A stretch of DNA of 64,000 nt, taken from an uncultured Methanosarcinales archaeon. Its GTDB lineage: Archaea; Nanobdellota; Nanobdellia; Woesearchaeales; GW2011-AR9. The DNA lies in the NCBI GenBank assembly GCA_964510085.1, contig CAZEAB010000002.1, positions 35,567 to 99,566 of the forward strand, written 5' to 3'. Under the pieces are notes generated by a model. It was given only the letters and a program-made list of their open reading frames with translations. It was not told the origin of the DNA and made no database searches. A program made the position numbers and the translations under genes. How positions within the stretch are numbered: the stretch's first letter is position 1; every line of letters starts with the position of its first letter. Below are positions 47,078 to 57,399 of the stretch, in pieces.

Positions 47078-47530
47078 CTATTCCAAAAGATACTCAAAAT
47101 ACACACACTTCACATTCTTAGGATCATCAAAGAACACAACACTCTTACAACTTCTATAAAATTCAAAACCACGACCTTCAGTTTGAAACACTCTGTTTTC
47201 ATTTATTTCAACAGCATTAAATTCCTTCTCTTGACTAATTCCAATCACAAACCCTTTTTTCCCAAACCAAACATGAAACTGAAATGGAAATCCACAATAA
47301 TGGAAAACATTATTACCAGCTTCATTCAAAAAATACGCAACTTCATCACTTTCCTTATAGTGCAACCAATTGTGGTGATCAAAAGTAGTGTTATACCTTA
47401 GATTCAACAAATCAGGTATTGTCCATTTATGTTTATTATACCCCTCTTGATCTTGTATTCGAATAACTTTATACCTATCTAACCCAATTTTCTCAAAACA
47501 AGTACTCAATTTCCTCCCAAAATCAATCAT
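47078..47530 (-). CDS. Hypothetical protein
   Basis: 150 aa ORF with no motif. Confidence 0.3.
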   Translation of the reverse strand: MIDFGRKLSTCFEKIGLDRYKVIRIQDQEGYNKHKWTIPDLLNLRYNTTFDHHNWLHYKESDEVAYFLNEAGNNVFHYCGFPFQFHVWFGKKGFVIGISQEKEFNAVEINENRVFQTEGRGFEFYRSCKSVVFFDDPKNVKCVYFEYLLE

Positions 47531-47641
47531 GAAAACAAAATATCTCCAAAATATAAAAGTATTTTGGATGTTACGTCAAATATCCTTTTGACACAACATT
47601 CTTAAACAATAAAAATATTCCTAGTATAAAGGAGTTAATAG

Positions 47642-48391
47642 ATGGTAAAAATCAACTGGGAAACTTTCAAATGTAGCGTATTTTTTGTATTAGGTTTTTC
47701 ACTTATCTTCTCAATTGTGGGGATACTCTTACAAACAATCTTAACAAACGTTGGATATACCGTTCAAACTTGGCTAGGGAGAATAGGGGGGATAGTAATA
47801 ATTTTCTTTGGATTGTATATTGTTGGATTAGTAAAACCAAAATTTCTTGAAAAAGAACATAAGTTAACGGTTAAAAGAAAATTTAAATCATCATATGTGA
47901 CGTCATTTGTATTTGGTGCAGCTTTTGCAATTGGTTGGACACCGTGTGTTACAGCAGCATTAGGTGCAATACTAGCTCTCGCAGCAACAAAAGCATCAAG
48001 TGCATTCATACTTCTGATGGCCTACACATTAGGTTTGGGCATACCATTCTTACTTGTTGGTTTATTTTCAACACAAGCGCAAAAATGGATACAGAAAGGT
48101 GGAAAATGGATTAAGCCACTTCAAATATTTTTTGGCATACTATTAATTTTAATTGGTATTCTCATCTTTGTAAATCAACTAAATAGACTTGCTAACTTGG
48201 AGATTGTAGCTACACTATTTAGTAATGTCTCGCTGTCAGTTGGAGGAGCTGGTGTTATGTCTCTATCTCTATTAAATGTAGGAATTGCATTTTTTGCAGG
48301 ACTGATATCATTCCTAAGCCCGTGCGTCTTACCATTAATCCCCGGATTTTTAGTATACCTCTCCTCAATATCTCTTAAAAATGAAAACTAG
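47642..48391 (+). CDS. ccdA: Cytochrome c-type biogenesis / thiol-disulfide transporter CcdA (DsbD beta-domain family)
   Basis: Six TM helices with the two conserved Cys (…TPCVTAALGAIL… / …SPCVLPLIPG…). Confidence 0.8.
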   Translation: MVKINWETFKCSVFFVLGFSLIFSIVGILLQTILTNVGYTVQTWLGRIGGIVIIFFGLYIVGLVKPKFLEKEHKLTVKRKFKSSYVTSFVFGAAFAIGWTPCVTAALGAILALAATKASSAFILLMAYTLGLGIPFLLVGLFSTQAQKWIQKGGKWIKPLQIFFGILLILIGILIFVNQLNRLANLEIVATLFSNVSLSVGGAGVMSLSLLNVGIAFFAGLISFLSPCVLPLIPGFLVYLSSISLKNEN

Positions 48392-49529
48392 AAATGTTAT
48401 ACTTGTAATAGCTATAATTTGTATCGTAGCAGTTATTGGTTATTTTGAATTACAAAAGCCAGATATTTCTGATATTGATGAAAATGTTGATATAATCATA
48501 GAATCTGGACCAATAGGAAATATAAATGAACAATCTGCAACAACTAAAGAACCAAAAGTAAAACTTACAGAAGAAGACAAGAAAAGAATTGCTACAAAAG
48601 CCAGAAATTATGTACGAGCAAAGGAATTAGTATCCCCAGATGGATACATCAACACCAACAGCATCACACTCCAAGAACATGTTGGAAAAAATATTCTCCT
48701 TGTAGATTTTTGGACGTATAGCTGCATTAATTGTCAAAGAACTCTTCCTTATGTAACTAGTTGGTATGAAAAATATAAAGATGAAGGCCTGGTAATCATT
48801 GGAGTTCACACACCGGAATTTGGCTTTGAAGAAAAGTATGATAATGTTCTAAAAGCAACAGAAAAATGGGGTATAACATACCCTGTTGTGCAAGACAACG
48901 CATACAAAACATGGCGAGCATATAATAACAGATATTGGCCACGAAAATATTTGATAGACATTGATGGATTTATTGTATATGACCATATTGGTGAAGGTGG
49001 GTATGAAGAAACTGAAAGAGTAATACAAGAACTTTTAGAAGAAAGAAATGAAGTATTGGGCTTGGATGGGAAAACAACTCAAGAACTGTCTCAAATAAAA
49101 ACCATAAAGCCAGAATCTCACAAAATTCAAACACCAGAACTTTACTTAGGGTATGGTTTCGAAAGAAATCAAATGGGTAACAAAGAGGGATGGCAACCAA
49201 ATAAGGTTATTGAATATGGATCTCCAGACACATTTATTGAAAACAAGTTCCATCTTGAAGGAATGTGGAAAAACAACAAAGATAACATGGAAGTAATAAG
49301 CCAAAAAGGAAAAATAATATTACCTTATACTGCTAAAGTAGTTAACATTGTTGCAGGATCAAATGAGAAAAAAGAAATAACTGTTTTATTAGATGGGAAA
49401 AAGACAAATACAATTTCAATATCTAACTTTGACCTTTATACAATTGTAGAAAGTAAAGATTACTCAGAACATATGCTTGAACTTGAAATCCCACAAGGAG
49501 TGATGGTATACACATTTACATTTGGTTAG
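48381..49529 (+). CDS. Membrane-anchored thioredoxin-fold thiol:disulfide oxidoreductase (TlpA/ResA-like) with a C-terminal extra domain
   Basis: It has an N-terminal TM helix and a CxxC active site in a thioredoxin-like context (FWTYSCINCQRTLPY). It overlaps ccdA by 11 nt. Confidence 0.7.
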   Translation: MKTRNVILVIAIICIVAVIGYFELQKPDISDIDENVDIIIESGPIGNINEQSATTKEPKVKLTEEDKKRIATKARNYVRAKELVSPDGYINTNSITLQEHVGKNILLVDFWTYSCINCQRTLPYVTSWYEKYKDEGLVIIGVHTPEFGFEEKYDNVLKATEKWGITYPVVQDNAYKTWRAYNNRYWPRKYLIDIDGFIVYDHIGEGGYEETERVIQELLEERNEVLGLDGKTTQELSQIKTIKPESHKIQTPELYLGYGFERNQMGNKEGWQPNKVIEYGSPDTFIENKFHLEGMWKNNKDNMEVISQKGKIILPYTAKVVNIVAGSNEKKEITVLLDGKKTNTISISNFDLYTIVESKDYSEHMLELEIPQGVMVYTFTFG

Positions 49530-49587
49530 ATACACATTTTAATTATTGTTACTTTTTATTATTACTCTTTATGTTATTATTATCAAA

Positions 49588-50955
49588 TCATTTTTTCTTC
49601 TTCCTGATAACTTTTTTAATTTTTGTAATTTCTTTCTTATGTTTCAAGATTTTTTTCCTTTCTTCTTTCGCTTTTTCTTTTATTTCCTGTATTTTTCTTT
49701 CCTTTTTCTTAACTCTTTTAACTTTTGATTTGAGCTGTGTGGTTTCCTTCTTAACTCCTCGAATTTTCTTATCTAATTTTGCAGGTAAATTGTTATTATT
49801 TTCTAATCTCTTATGAAACAATTTTATCAGAAATGGACTAATTAACGTTGTAACTATTGATAATACAATAATTGAAGTTACCAACGTTTCATCAAATAGA
49901 TTTGCTTCTAACGCAACAAGAGCTACAACTAAAGTAGTCGACAATTGCGGAATTGTTGCTGAACCAATCAACAAACTTTGACGATTATTATGGCCAGTTA
50001 ACATCCCTCCTAACCACCCACTACAAAACTTTGAAAAAATTAAAGCACCAACAATAGCTCCAGTTAACAACAAATGTTCCTGCACTGTAAATAAAGATAG
50101 AACATCTGTCCTCATTCCAATAACAAGGAAAAAAATTGGAATAAAAATTCCATAACTAATAGTATACAATTTCTCTGAAACTAATCTATGTCCAATCGCA
50201 TCTGAAAGGAATAATCCAACAAAGAAACCAGCAATTATTGCATGTAGTCCTAATAATTCAAAGAATAACGCCGTTACAATCAGGACTGTTACTATAAAAC
50301 GTAATTCTCCCTCAAAAACATCTCCCTTCTGCGTTTCTTTTCTTTGTTTTACAAAGAATGCTTGTAATTTCGGAAGGAAGAAAAATAATAAGAGTAACGA
50401 GACAATCACTAGCGGTATGTACATACTTAATGGAATTACCTGACTAGTATCAACAGATTGCAGTAAGAACGCTAAAATCAGTAATGAAGTAACATCTTCA
50501 AAAACAGTAGAAGAAATAATAGTTCTTCCTAAATCAGTATCAGCTAATTTTGTTTCCTTTAAAGATGGAATCACAATAGCAATGGATGAAGAAACAAAAA
50601 TCGCTCCCAAAATTAATGAAGTTATTAGGTTATAACCAAAATAAGAAGCAACAAAGTAACCTACAATAAATGGAAGAACTCCATTCGTTAGAGCTATTAT
50701 TAATGACTTCTTCCCAATCCTTCGTAATGATGAAATTCTTACATCCAATCCTGCCGTGAACATTAAAAATATAGCTCCAATGAATGCAAGGAAAGAAGCC
50801 GTATCCCCTAAATCAAGAATATTAAACCCAAAAGGTCCAATTAAAACCCCTGTAATTATAATTGAAGTAACATATGGGATATGAATTTTTTTAGCTAACT
50901 CTGGAAGAATAAAACTTGCTCCAATTATCAACAAGAAAAATATGAGATAATCCAT
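49588..50955 (-). CDS. Cation:proton antiporter (CPA2 / Kef-type) with a lysine-rich C-terminal tail
   Basis: It has about 12 TM helices with the Na+/H+ exchanger family pattern. The C-terminal ~80 aa is a K/E/R-rich low-complexity tail. Confidence 0.75.
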   Translation of the reverse strand: MDYLIFFLLIIGASFILPELAKKIHIPYVTSIIITGVLIGPFGFNILDLGDTASFLAFIGAIFLMFTAGLDVRISSLRRIGKKSLIIALTNGVLPFIVGYFVASYFGYNLITSLILGAIFVSSSIAIVIPSLKETKLADTDLGRTIISSTVFEDVTSLLILAFLLQSVDTSQVIPLSMYIPLVIVSLLLLFFFLPKLQAFFVKQRKETQKGDVFEGELRFIVTVLIVTALFFELLGLHAIIAGFFVGLFLSDAIGHRLVSEKLYTISYGIFIPIFFLVIGMRTDVLSLFTVQEHLLLTGAIVGALIFSKFCSGWLGGMLTGHNNRQSLLIGSATIPQLSTTLVVALVALEANLFDETLVTSIIVLSIVTTLISPFLIKLFHKRLENNNNLPAKLDKKIRGVKKETTQLKSKVKRVKKKERKIQEIKEKAKEERKKILKHKKEITKIKKVIRKKKK

Positions 50956-51065
50956 AACGGAAGGAATTTATTATGCTTAATAAAATTATTGTTTGATACA
51001 TCCCCTTTCTAGAGAGTAAACTCACAATGGTAACATTTAAAAATTTCGTTTGATTTATTCAAATA

Positions 51066-51791
51066 ATGGTAGATGTTTTAGTAACGTTTTGGAACAGATT
51101 TATAGATCTTTTAGATTTACCAATCCATCACCCTGAAGCATTTTGGATAGTTCTTCCATTAATATTGATAATTATATTGATGACAGTTTATTTTGCACGA
51201 TACAAAGACGAAGAACTTGGTTGGAATACCGCATTAGGAAACAGTTTTATCTTAATCTTCGTATCAATAGATTTATTCAGAACAATATTTAATGATGGAA
51301 GATCAACAGGTGCAATCATTCTCGCATCAATCCTTCTTTTAGAGGGCGTTGTACTTCTTTTTGTCAACTTCACCCACTATTTACCAAAGAAAATAAGTTA
51401 CTTCATCTCATCACCATTACCAATCAATCTTACTGCATATGTTTTTATTAGCATTATTTATAGTAAAGTTTCAGTAGACATATACACCATTCTTTCAGCA
51501 ATCTTATTGTTTGCACTTCTTTTAGGAATATTCCTTACAATCGGCTTTATTTCCAAGAAATGGTGGACAAGAATAGAAAGAATCAAAGCAATGGAAAATA
51601 TAGAGGATGTTAAGGAGGAGAAAAAAATATTAGAATCAAAGAAGAAAGAAGTAAAACAGGAAGAAAAGAAGATTAAGAAAGCAGTAGTTTCTCATGAAAA
51701 AGAAGTAAAGAAGAAAAAAGAAGAATTAAAAAAGATTAAAAAAGTAACTAAGAAGAAAACCTCTAAAAAGAAAGCAACAAAGAAAAAATGA
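51066..51791 (+). CDS. Membrane protein with a lysine-rich tail, hypothetical
   Basis: 241 aa with about 5 TM helices and a KK-rich C-terminus. It overlaps the next ORF by 4 nt. Confidence 0.4.
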   Translation: MVDVLVTFWNRFIDLLDLPIHHPEAFWIVLPLILIIILMTVYFARYKDEELGWNTALGNSFILIFVSIDLFRTIFNDGRSTGAIILASILLLEGVVLLFVNFTHYLPKKISYFISSPLPINLTAYVFISIIYSKVSVDIYTILSAILLFALLLGIFLTIGFISKKWWTRIERIKAMENIEDVKEEKKILESKKKEVKQEEKKIKKAVVSHEKEVKKKKEELKKIKKVTKKKTSKKKATKKK

Positions 51792-52357
51792 TTGCACATG
51801 AACACATACAGAAGTTTACAATAAAAGAATTAGCGTTAATTCTACTTTTGAGTGTGTTCTCTTTTCTTCTAATTTACTTTGGAACACATCTTATTAATCC
51901 ATCTTATACCCTTATTTTTTCTTTAGGAATTACTATTGTTTTAATGAATCTTCTTATGTATGTAATCTCAAAATCAGGGACAGCTCTTTTCTACTACACA
52001 CTTGTAGCTTTTTTTACAATGAACATTCATGACATTGGTATTACTGGATATGATAAAGTGATAGCATTCGTAATTGCTGTACTAGTTTTTGAAGTAGTCT
52101 TCTTAATATTAAAACTACATCTACATAATGTTCCAGCAGATATGATACTTGGCAGTTCTCTTTTTGGCCCGGCACTTATGTTTGCAGCAGCATTTATTCT
52201 TTCTACAATAGATCTAATAATGGGAATTGGATTCATTAATATGCTACTTCTAAGTTTCGGAGTTACTCTAGGGTCTTCTGTAATAGCATTTTTATTATGG
52301 TACCACATTGCACGGGCAAAGCCAATTGTCAAGTTTAGAAATTACATCTCATACTAG
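51788..52357 (+). CDS. Polytopic membrane protein, hypothetical
   Basis: 189 aa with about 5 TM helices. Confidence 0.4.
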   Translation: MIAHEHIQKFTIKELALILLLSVFSFLLIYFGTHLINPSYTLIFSLGITIVLMNLLMYVISKSGTALFYYTLVAFFTMNIHDIGITGYDKVIAFVIAVLVFEVVFLILKLHLHNVPADMILGSSLFGPALMFAAAFILSTIDLIMGIGFINMLLLSFGVTLGSSVIAFLLWYHIARAKPIVKFRNYISY

Positions 52358-52548
52358 GAATTGCTTATTCTAAAAATTTATTAAAGAAAATGTTACAAAC
52401 TTCCACAAACAAAACATCAATCCGAAGATATCAATCAAGTAAGCTTCAGTAAGTAACAAGACACCAAATTTCAATGAGTATATATAACTTCTCTAACACT
52501 TCAAAATGACAACAAAGTTTTTAAGAACTAGACAGAAATAAGAGAGAT

Positions 52549-53070
52549 ATGAAAATAACTGACATATCTGAATTAGAACAACAATCACAAGATCGAAAAA
52601 TACCAATAATTGGTCCTAAGAAAGGCGAATGGCTTCTTTCAGTTGTAAAGAAACATCAACCACATAAAATTCTAGAACTCGGAACAGCTAATGGGTATTC
52701 TGGAATAATACTTGGATCAGAAGGAGGAGAACTGATTACATTAGAATTAAACCACAAAATAGCAGAAGAAGCACAAACAAACTTTACAAAACATAACACG
52801 GACGCTATAATCATCGTTGGAGATGCTGTAGAAAATACACACAAACTCATAGAAAGATTTGACCTCATTTTCATAGATTTTGCAAAAAAGAAGTACATAG
52901 ACGTTCTGGAAAAGTGTATAGAACTTCTCAACACAGGTGGCATACTTATAGCAGATAATATTTCTATGGAAGGCTGTCAAGATTTCAAAGAAGCTGTTCT
53001 TCACCATCCAGAATTTGATTCAGAAATAATTGATGTTGGGGATGGATTGAGTTATAGTATTAAGGTGTGA
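52549..53070 (+). CDS. Class I SAM-dependent O-methyltransferase (CCoAOMT-like)
   Basis: It has motif I (ILELGTANGYSGIIL) and the overall ~170 aa O-methyltransferase family layout. Confidence 0.65.
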   Translation: MKITDISELEQQSQDRKIPIIGPKKGEWLLSVVKKHQPHKILELGTANGYSGIILGSEGGELITLELNHKIAEEAQTNFTKHNTDAIIIVGDAVENTHKLIERFDLIFIDFAKKKYIDVLEKCIELLNTGGILIADNISMEGCQDFKEAVLHHPEFDSEIIDVGDGLSYSIKV

Positions 53071-54367
53071 ATCGTTCCATCGTCCTTGGAAATGGAATTA
53101 CATCCTTAATACTTTCTAAACCGCAAATCCATTTAATAACTCTCTCAACTCCAAGACCATATCCTGAATGTGGTACGCTTCCATACTTACGTAAATCAAT
53201 ATACCATTCATATGTTTTAGGATCTTCTCCTTCCTTCTTTAATTCCTCAACAAGTCTTTTAGAATCTGTTTCTCTCTCACTTCCACCAACAATTTCACCA
53301 AAACTTTCTGGAGCTAGCATATCAAAACACTTTGCAACAGGACCTGGAACATTTTCTTGCTTTCCCTCTCGTTCAGGTTTATAGAACGCCATAACTTCTT
53401 TAGGATAATCAATTACAACAACAGGAGTATCAAACAACTCCATCAATTTCTCCTCCTCAATTGTCCGTAAATCTTTTCCCCATTCTACATCCATATCACA
53501 CTTCTCTTTCAACAATCGAAGAGCTTCAGTATACGTAATAGTTGGATAATCTTTTTCACTACAAATCTTCAACTTCTCAATATCTCTACCAAGCATCTCC
53601 AACTCACTTTGATGTTTTTCAAGAACTTTCTGAACAATAAACTTAACTTCTGCTTTCGCAACTTCGGTAACATCTTCTAAATGCATCCACGCAGCTTCCA
53701 TTTCCGCCATCCAAAATTCTGCTAAATGACGTGATGTTTTACTTTTCTCAGAACGAAACGTAGGTGAAACATTATAGATTTTTTCTAACGAAAACACAGC
53801 AGACTCTGCATATAATTGCCATGATTGTGCAAGATACATGATGGAATCAAAATACTTCACTTCAAATAACGTAGAACCACCTTCACATGCATTCGGCTGA
53901 AAGATTGGTGCATGAAACTCATAATAACCCCTCTCGCGGAAAAAATCATGAATCGCACCAAGAACAGTACTTCGAATTTTGAGAATGGCTTGCATCTTTC
54001 TACTTCGTAACCACAAGTGCCTATTGTCTGCAAGGAACTCAATACTTTGATCTTTAGTAATAGGATATGTGTCACTCTTACCAACAATTGAAAAATTACT
54101 TACCTGAATTTCATACCCAGTAGGAGCTCGAGGATCTTCTTTAATCTCTCCTTCAATTTCAATAGAAGATTCTACTTGTAAAGCATCAATTTCATCCCAT
54201 CTATCTTCAAAAGCATCCTTCTTAATTACACATTGAATGGTGTTAGAACTATCTCGTAACACAACGAACTTCATCTTATTACTTCCACGTTCTCGATGAA
54301 CCCATCCTCTAATAGAAACAGTTCCTGTTCCTAAGTTCATAGCCTCTTGAATTGAAATATATGTCAT
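53060..54367 (-). CDS. asnS: Asparaginyl-tRNA synthetase (archaeal/eukaryal-type class IIb)
   Basis: It closely matches the AsnRS signature blocks (SPTFRSEKSKTSRHLAEFWMAEMEAAWM; EWYIDLRKYGSVPHSGYGLGVERV). Confidence 0.75.
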   Translation of the reverse strand: MTYISIQEAMNLGTGTVSIRGWVHRERGSNKMKFVVLRDSSNTIQCVIKKDAFEDRWDEIDALQVESSIEIEGEIKEDPRAPTGYEIQVSNFSIVGKSDTYPITKDQSIEFLADNRHLWLRSRKMQAILKIRSTVLGAIHDFFRERGYYEFHAPIFQPNACEGGSTLFEVKYFDSIMYLAQSWQLYAESAVFSLEKIYNVSPTFRSEKSKTSRHLAEFWMAEMEAAWMHLEDVTEVAKAEVKFIVQKVLEKHQSELEMLGRDIEKLKICSEKDYPTITYTEALRLLKEKCDMDVEWGKDLRTIEEEKLMELFDTPVVVIDYPKEVMAFYKPEREGKQENVPGPVAKCFDMLAPESFGEIVGGSERETDSKRLVEELKKEGEDPKTYEWYIDLRKYGSVPHSGYGLGVERVIKWICGLESIKDVIPFPRTMERFTP

Positions 54368-54399
54368 AGATAGAAAAATATTCAGTCACTATAAAAAAC

Positions 54400-55785
54400 T
54401 TACCCCAAAACTTCTTTCATAATCTTATTAACAACAGCCGGATCTGCTTTACCTTGCGTAATACGCATAACCTGACCAACTAGAAAATTAAAACTCTTCT
54501 CACTTCCACTTTTATAATCTTCAACAGCTTTCTCATTAGACTTAACAACATCCTCACATACAAAACGAATCTCCGAATCATCACCAACCAACATCAAACC
54601 TTCTCGAATAACATACTCTTTTGGAGAAAAGGGTGCATCGATCAACTTCTCCATCAATTTTTGACCAGTCCTTTCAGAAATATCTTTTCCTTCAACTAAT
54701 CGTAATATCTCCATAACATGTTGTTCATCTAACTCAACTTCTTTCAAACTCTTTTTATTGTAATTTAACACCCGCATCAACTCATGACGTAACCACTTCG
54801 CAGCAATTTTAGGATCAATTTCCGCAGCTACTCTCTCAAACAATTCAGCAAGTTCTAATTCCATAGACAAAACTTCAGCATCTATCGTGTCAATTTTATG
54901 TTCTTCAACATATCGTACAGAGCGAACATGCGCTAATTCTGGAACATCCTTACGAATAGATTCAATCTTATCATTACTAACACTAAATACAGGAAGATCT
55001 GGCTCAATAATATACCCATAATCTGCTTCATTCTCTTTTAAACGTAACATAGTTGTCTTTCTTCCAGTCCACGCTCTTGTATGAACTTTTTTCTCTCCAG
55101 GTTTCTTCAACGCAATTTTCTGACGAACTAACTCATAATTCATAGCTCTCTCCGCATCTTTAAAACTGCTAACATTCTTAATCTCTACACGGGGATGTCC
55201 TTCAATATTTACATTTAAATCAGATTTTACAACACCAGTTCGTTCATCAAAAATCTTAAGATACTTTACAATTCTAACAAGCTCATTCAAAAATTCACGA
55301 GCTTCTGCAGGAGAATTCATACAAGGTGTTGTTACAATCTCTACTAATGGAACACCACTTCTGTTATAATCAATCAACACACTATCTGATTCATCAATAG
55401 CTCCATCATGAATTAATGCTGCAGGATCTTCTTCAATATGAATACGTTCAATTTCAACAACTTTTCCACTCTTTAATTTAACACTTCCATTTCTTCCAAG
55501 TGGAATTTCAAATTGTGTAATCTGATAATTCTTACTCATATCGGGATAGAAATACGTCTTTCTTGAGAAAGCAACTTCATTCTCAATTTTGCATCCAAGT
55601 GCTATACATAACTTCAAAGCATAATCTAACACCTTTTTGTTAAACATTGGTTTACTCCCAGGATGTCCTAAACAAATTTCACATACCTGTGTATTTGGTT
55701 TCCCCTCACTAGTAGGACAACCACAGAAAGCTTTCGTATCAGTATTCAATTGAATGTGCGTTTCCAAACCAACCAATGTTACCAT
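54400..55785 (-). CDS. gatB: Asp/Glu-tRNA(Asn/Gln) amidotransferase subunit B
   Basis: It has the GatB N-terminus (VGLETHIQLNTDTKAFCGC…) and a length of 461 aa, not the longer GatE. Confidence 0.9.
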   Translation of the reverse strand: MVTLVGLETHIQLNTDTKAFCGCPTSEGKPNTQVCEICLGHPGSKPMFNKKVLDYALKLCIALGCKIENEVAFSRKTYFYPDMSKNYQITQFEIPLGRNGSVKLKSGKVVEIERIHIEEDPAALIHDGAIDESDSVLIDYNRSGVPLVEIVTTPCMNSPAEAREFLNELVRIVKYLKIFDERTGVVKSDLNVNIEGHPRVEIKNVSSFKDAERAMNYELVRQKIALKKPGEKKVHTRAWTGRKTTMLRLKENEADYGYIIEPDLPVFSVSNDKIESIRKDVPELAHVRSVRYVEEHKIDTIDAEVLSMELELAELFERVAAEIDPKIAAKWLRHELMRVLNYNKKSLKEVELDEQHVMEILRLVEGKDISERTGQKLMEKLIDAPFSPKEYVIREGLMLVGDDSEIRFVCEDVVKSNEKAVEDYKSGSEKSFNFLVGQVMRITQGKADPAVVNKIMKEVLG

Positions 55786-55804
55786 TTTTTATCTATTTCC
55801 CATT

Positions 55805-57070
55805 CTATTTTTTCTCATAATAATCTGCAACTTGTATAATTCTCTTTTCATTCCAATGATCTCCAATAAGTAACATCCCAATTGGCATTCCATCCTTCTT
55901 CCCACAAGGAATACTAATGTGTGGCAATCCAGCTAAGTTAGGGCCTACTGTTAGAATATCCATCATATATTGTTGCATAGGAGTCATCTTCTCTACTTCA
56001 TCAAACTTAGGTGCTATAACTGGCATAGATGGAGAGATTAACACGTCATACTTCTCAAACAACTTCTTATACTCATCAATAATTAATTGACGAACCTTCA
56101 TGGCTTTAATGTAATACGCATCTCTATACCCCACCATTCTTGCAAATGTACCAAGAATAATTCGTCTTTTAGTTTCTTTATTAAAATTCTCTGAACGAAC
56201 TGAAGAAAAGTAATCATTAAAACTAACTCCAGAAGGTTCCCCCTCAACACCATACCGTAAACCACAATATTTTGCTAAATTAGTAGAAGCTTCCGTTAAC
56301 GCAATAAGATAATACGTAGACACACCATACTTCATAGTAATTGGAAGACTAACTTCCTCAACCTCTCCCAACATACCAGCAGCATGTCGAACAGCTTCAG
56401 CAATCTCTGGATCAACACCCTCTCCAAATGCTTCCGCTATTACTCCTATTTTCAAACCACTAATATCTCTTCCAATATCCTCACTAAACCCCTTCTCTTT
56501 CTCAACACACGTAGCATCTTTTCCATCAGCACCAGAAATAATCTCTAACACCTCAGCACATTTCTTAACGGTTTTAGCAATAGGACCAATCTTATCTAAT
56601 GAATTTGCATAACTTAATAACCCATATCTACTCACTCTTCCATACGTTGGAGTTAAACCAATAACTCCACAAAATGCTGCAGGACATGCAATACTTCCAC
56701 CAGTTGATTGACCTAATGCAATATGGTTCTCATCAAGTAAAGCAACAGCACCAGCCGCACCACCACTAGAACCACCACATACCCTCTCTTTATCTAACGG
56801 ATTCTTTGGAACTTCTTTATCCAAACCAACATTCACAGAGAAACTACCAAACCCAAATGCATCCATTGCAGTCTTCCCAATACACACACCACCTGCTTTC
56901 TTTAACCTCTCAACAACAGTCGCATCAAATCGTGGTATATAATTAAACAAAATCTGTGAACCTGCAGTTGTGGGCATATCTTCTGTACAGATAGAATCTT
57001 TCACACTAAATTTAAATTTGCCAGTAGAAGAATCAACACGATGATTAAATAAATGAAATTCATCCATCAT
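55805..57070 (-). CDS. gatA: Glu/Asp-tRNA amidotransferase subunit A (amidase)
   Basis: It has the amidase signature GGSSGG(A)AAAV and Ser-cisSer-Lys triad context. Confidence 0.9.
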   Translation of the reverse strand: MMDEFHLFNHRVDSSTGKFKFSVKDSICTEDMPTTAGSQILFNYIPRFDATVVERLKKAGGVCIGKTAMDAFGFGSFSVNVGLDKEVPKNPLDKERVCGGSSGGAAGAVALLDENHIALGQSTGGSIACPAAFCGVIGLTPTYGRVSRYGLLSYANSLDKIGPIAKTVKKCAEVLEIISGADGKDATCVEKEKGFSEDIGRDISGLKIGVIAEAFGEGVDPEIAEAVRHAAGMLGEVEEVSLPITMKYGVSTYYLIALTEASTNLAKYCGLRYGVEGEPSGVSFNDYFSSVRSENFNKETKRRIILGTFARMVGYRDAYYIKAMKVRQLIIDEYKKLFEKYDVLISPSMPVIAPKFDEVEKMTPMQQYMMDILTVGPNLAGLPHISIPCGKKDGMPIGMLLIGDHWNEKRIIQVADYYEKK

Positions 57071-57399
57071 ACTGCTTTTGGTCCTTTGAAATAACCTTCC
57101 TCCTTATTCTTTACAGCAGAATCAAACACTTCTTCTTCAGAAAAACAATCCTCTACTTTATCTTCTCTAAAAACATTACGAACAGTAATTGGATGGAATG
57201 CAGGTTCAACATGATCAGTATTAACTTCTTCTAGTTTAGAGAAAACTTCCATAACTTCTTTTAATTGTGGTAAAAATTCAGAAACCTCTTCCTCACTAAG
57301 TTTAAGACGAGAATTTGCTGCAATCTGCAACAACAACTCTTTAGTCAGTTCCATCCTAATCCTCGTAGATAAAAACACCCAACTCATGGAGTTGATCAT
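57067..57399 (-). CDS. gatC: Asp/Glu-tRNA amidotransferase subunit C
   Basis: It is about 95–110 aa and sits between aspS and gatA. The likely true start is the internal Met at 57354 (MELTKELL). Confidence 0.7.
   Translation of the reverse strand: MINSMSWVFLSTRIRMELTKELLLQIAANSRLKLSEEEVSEFLPQLKEVMEVFSKLEEVNTDHVEPAFHPITVRNVFREDKVEDCFSEEEVFDSAVKNKEEGYFKGPKAV

Noticed and set aside
49546-49816. Plus-strand ORFs (60 and 81 aa) full of Phe/Leu
   Set aside because: They are antisense to the lysine-rich tail of the CPA2 antiporter gene (poly-AAA/AAG read backwards), so they are not genes.
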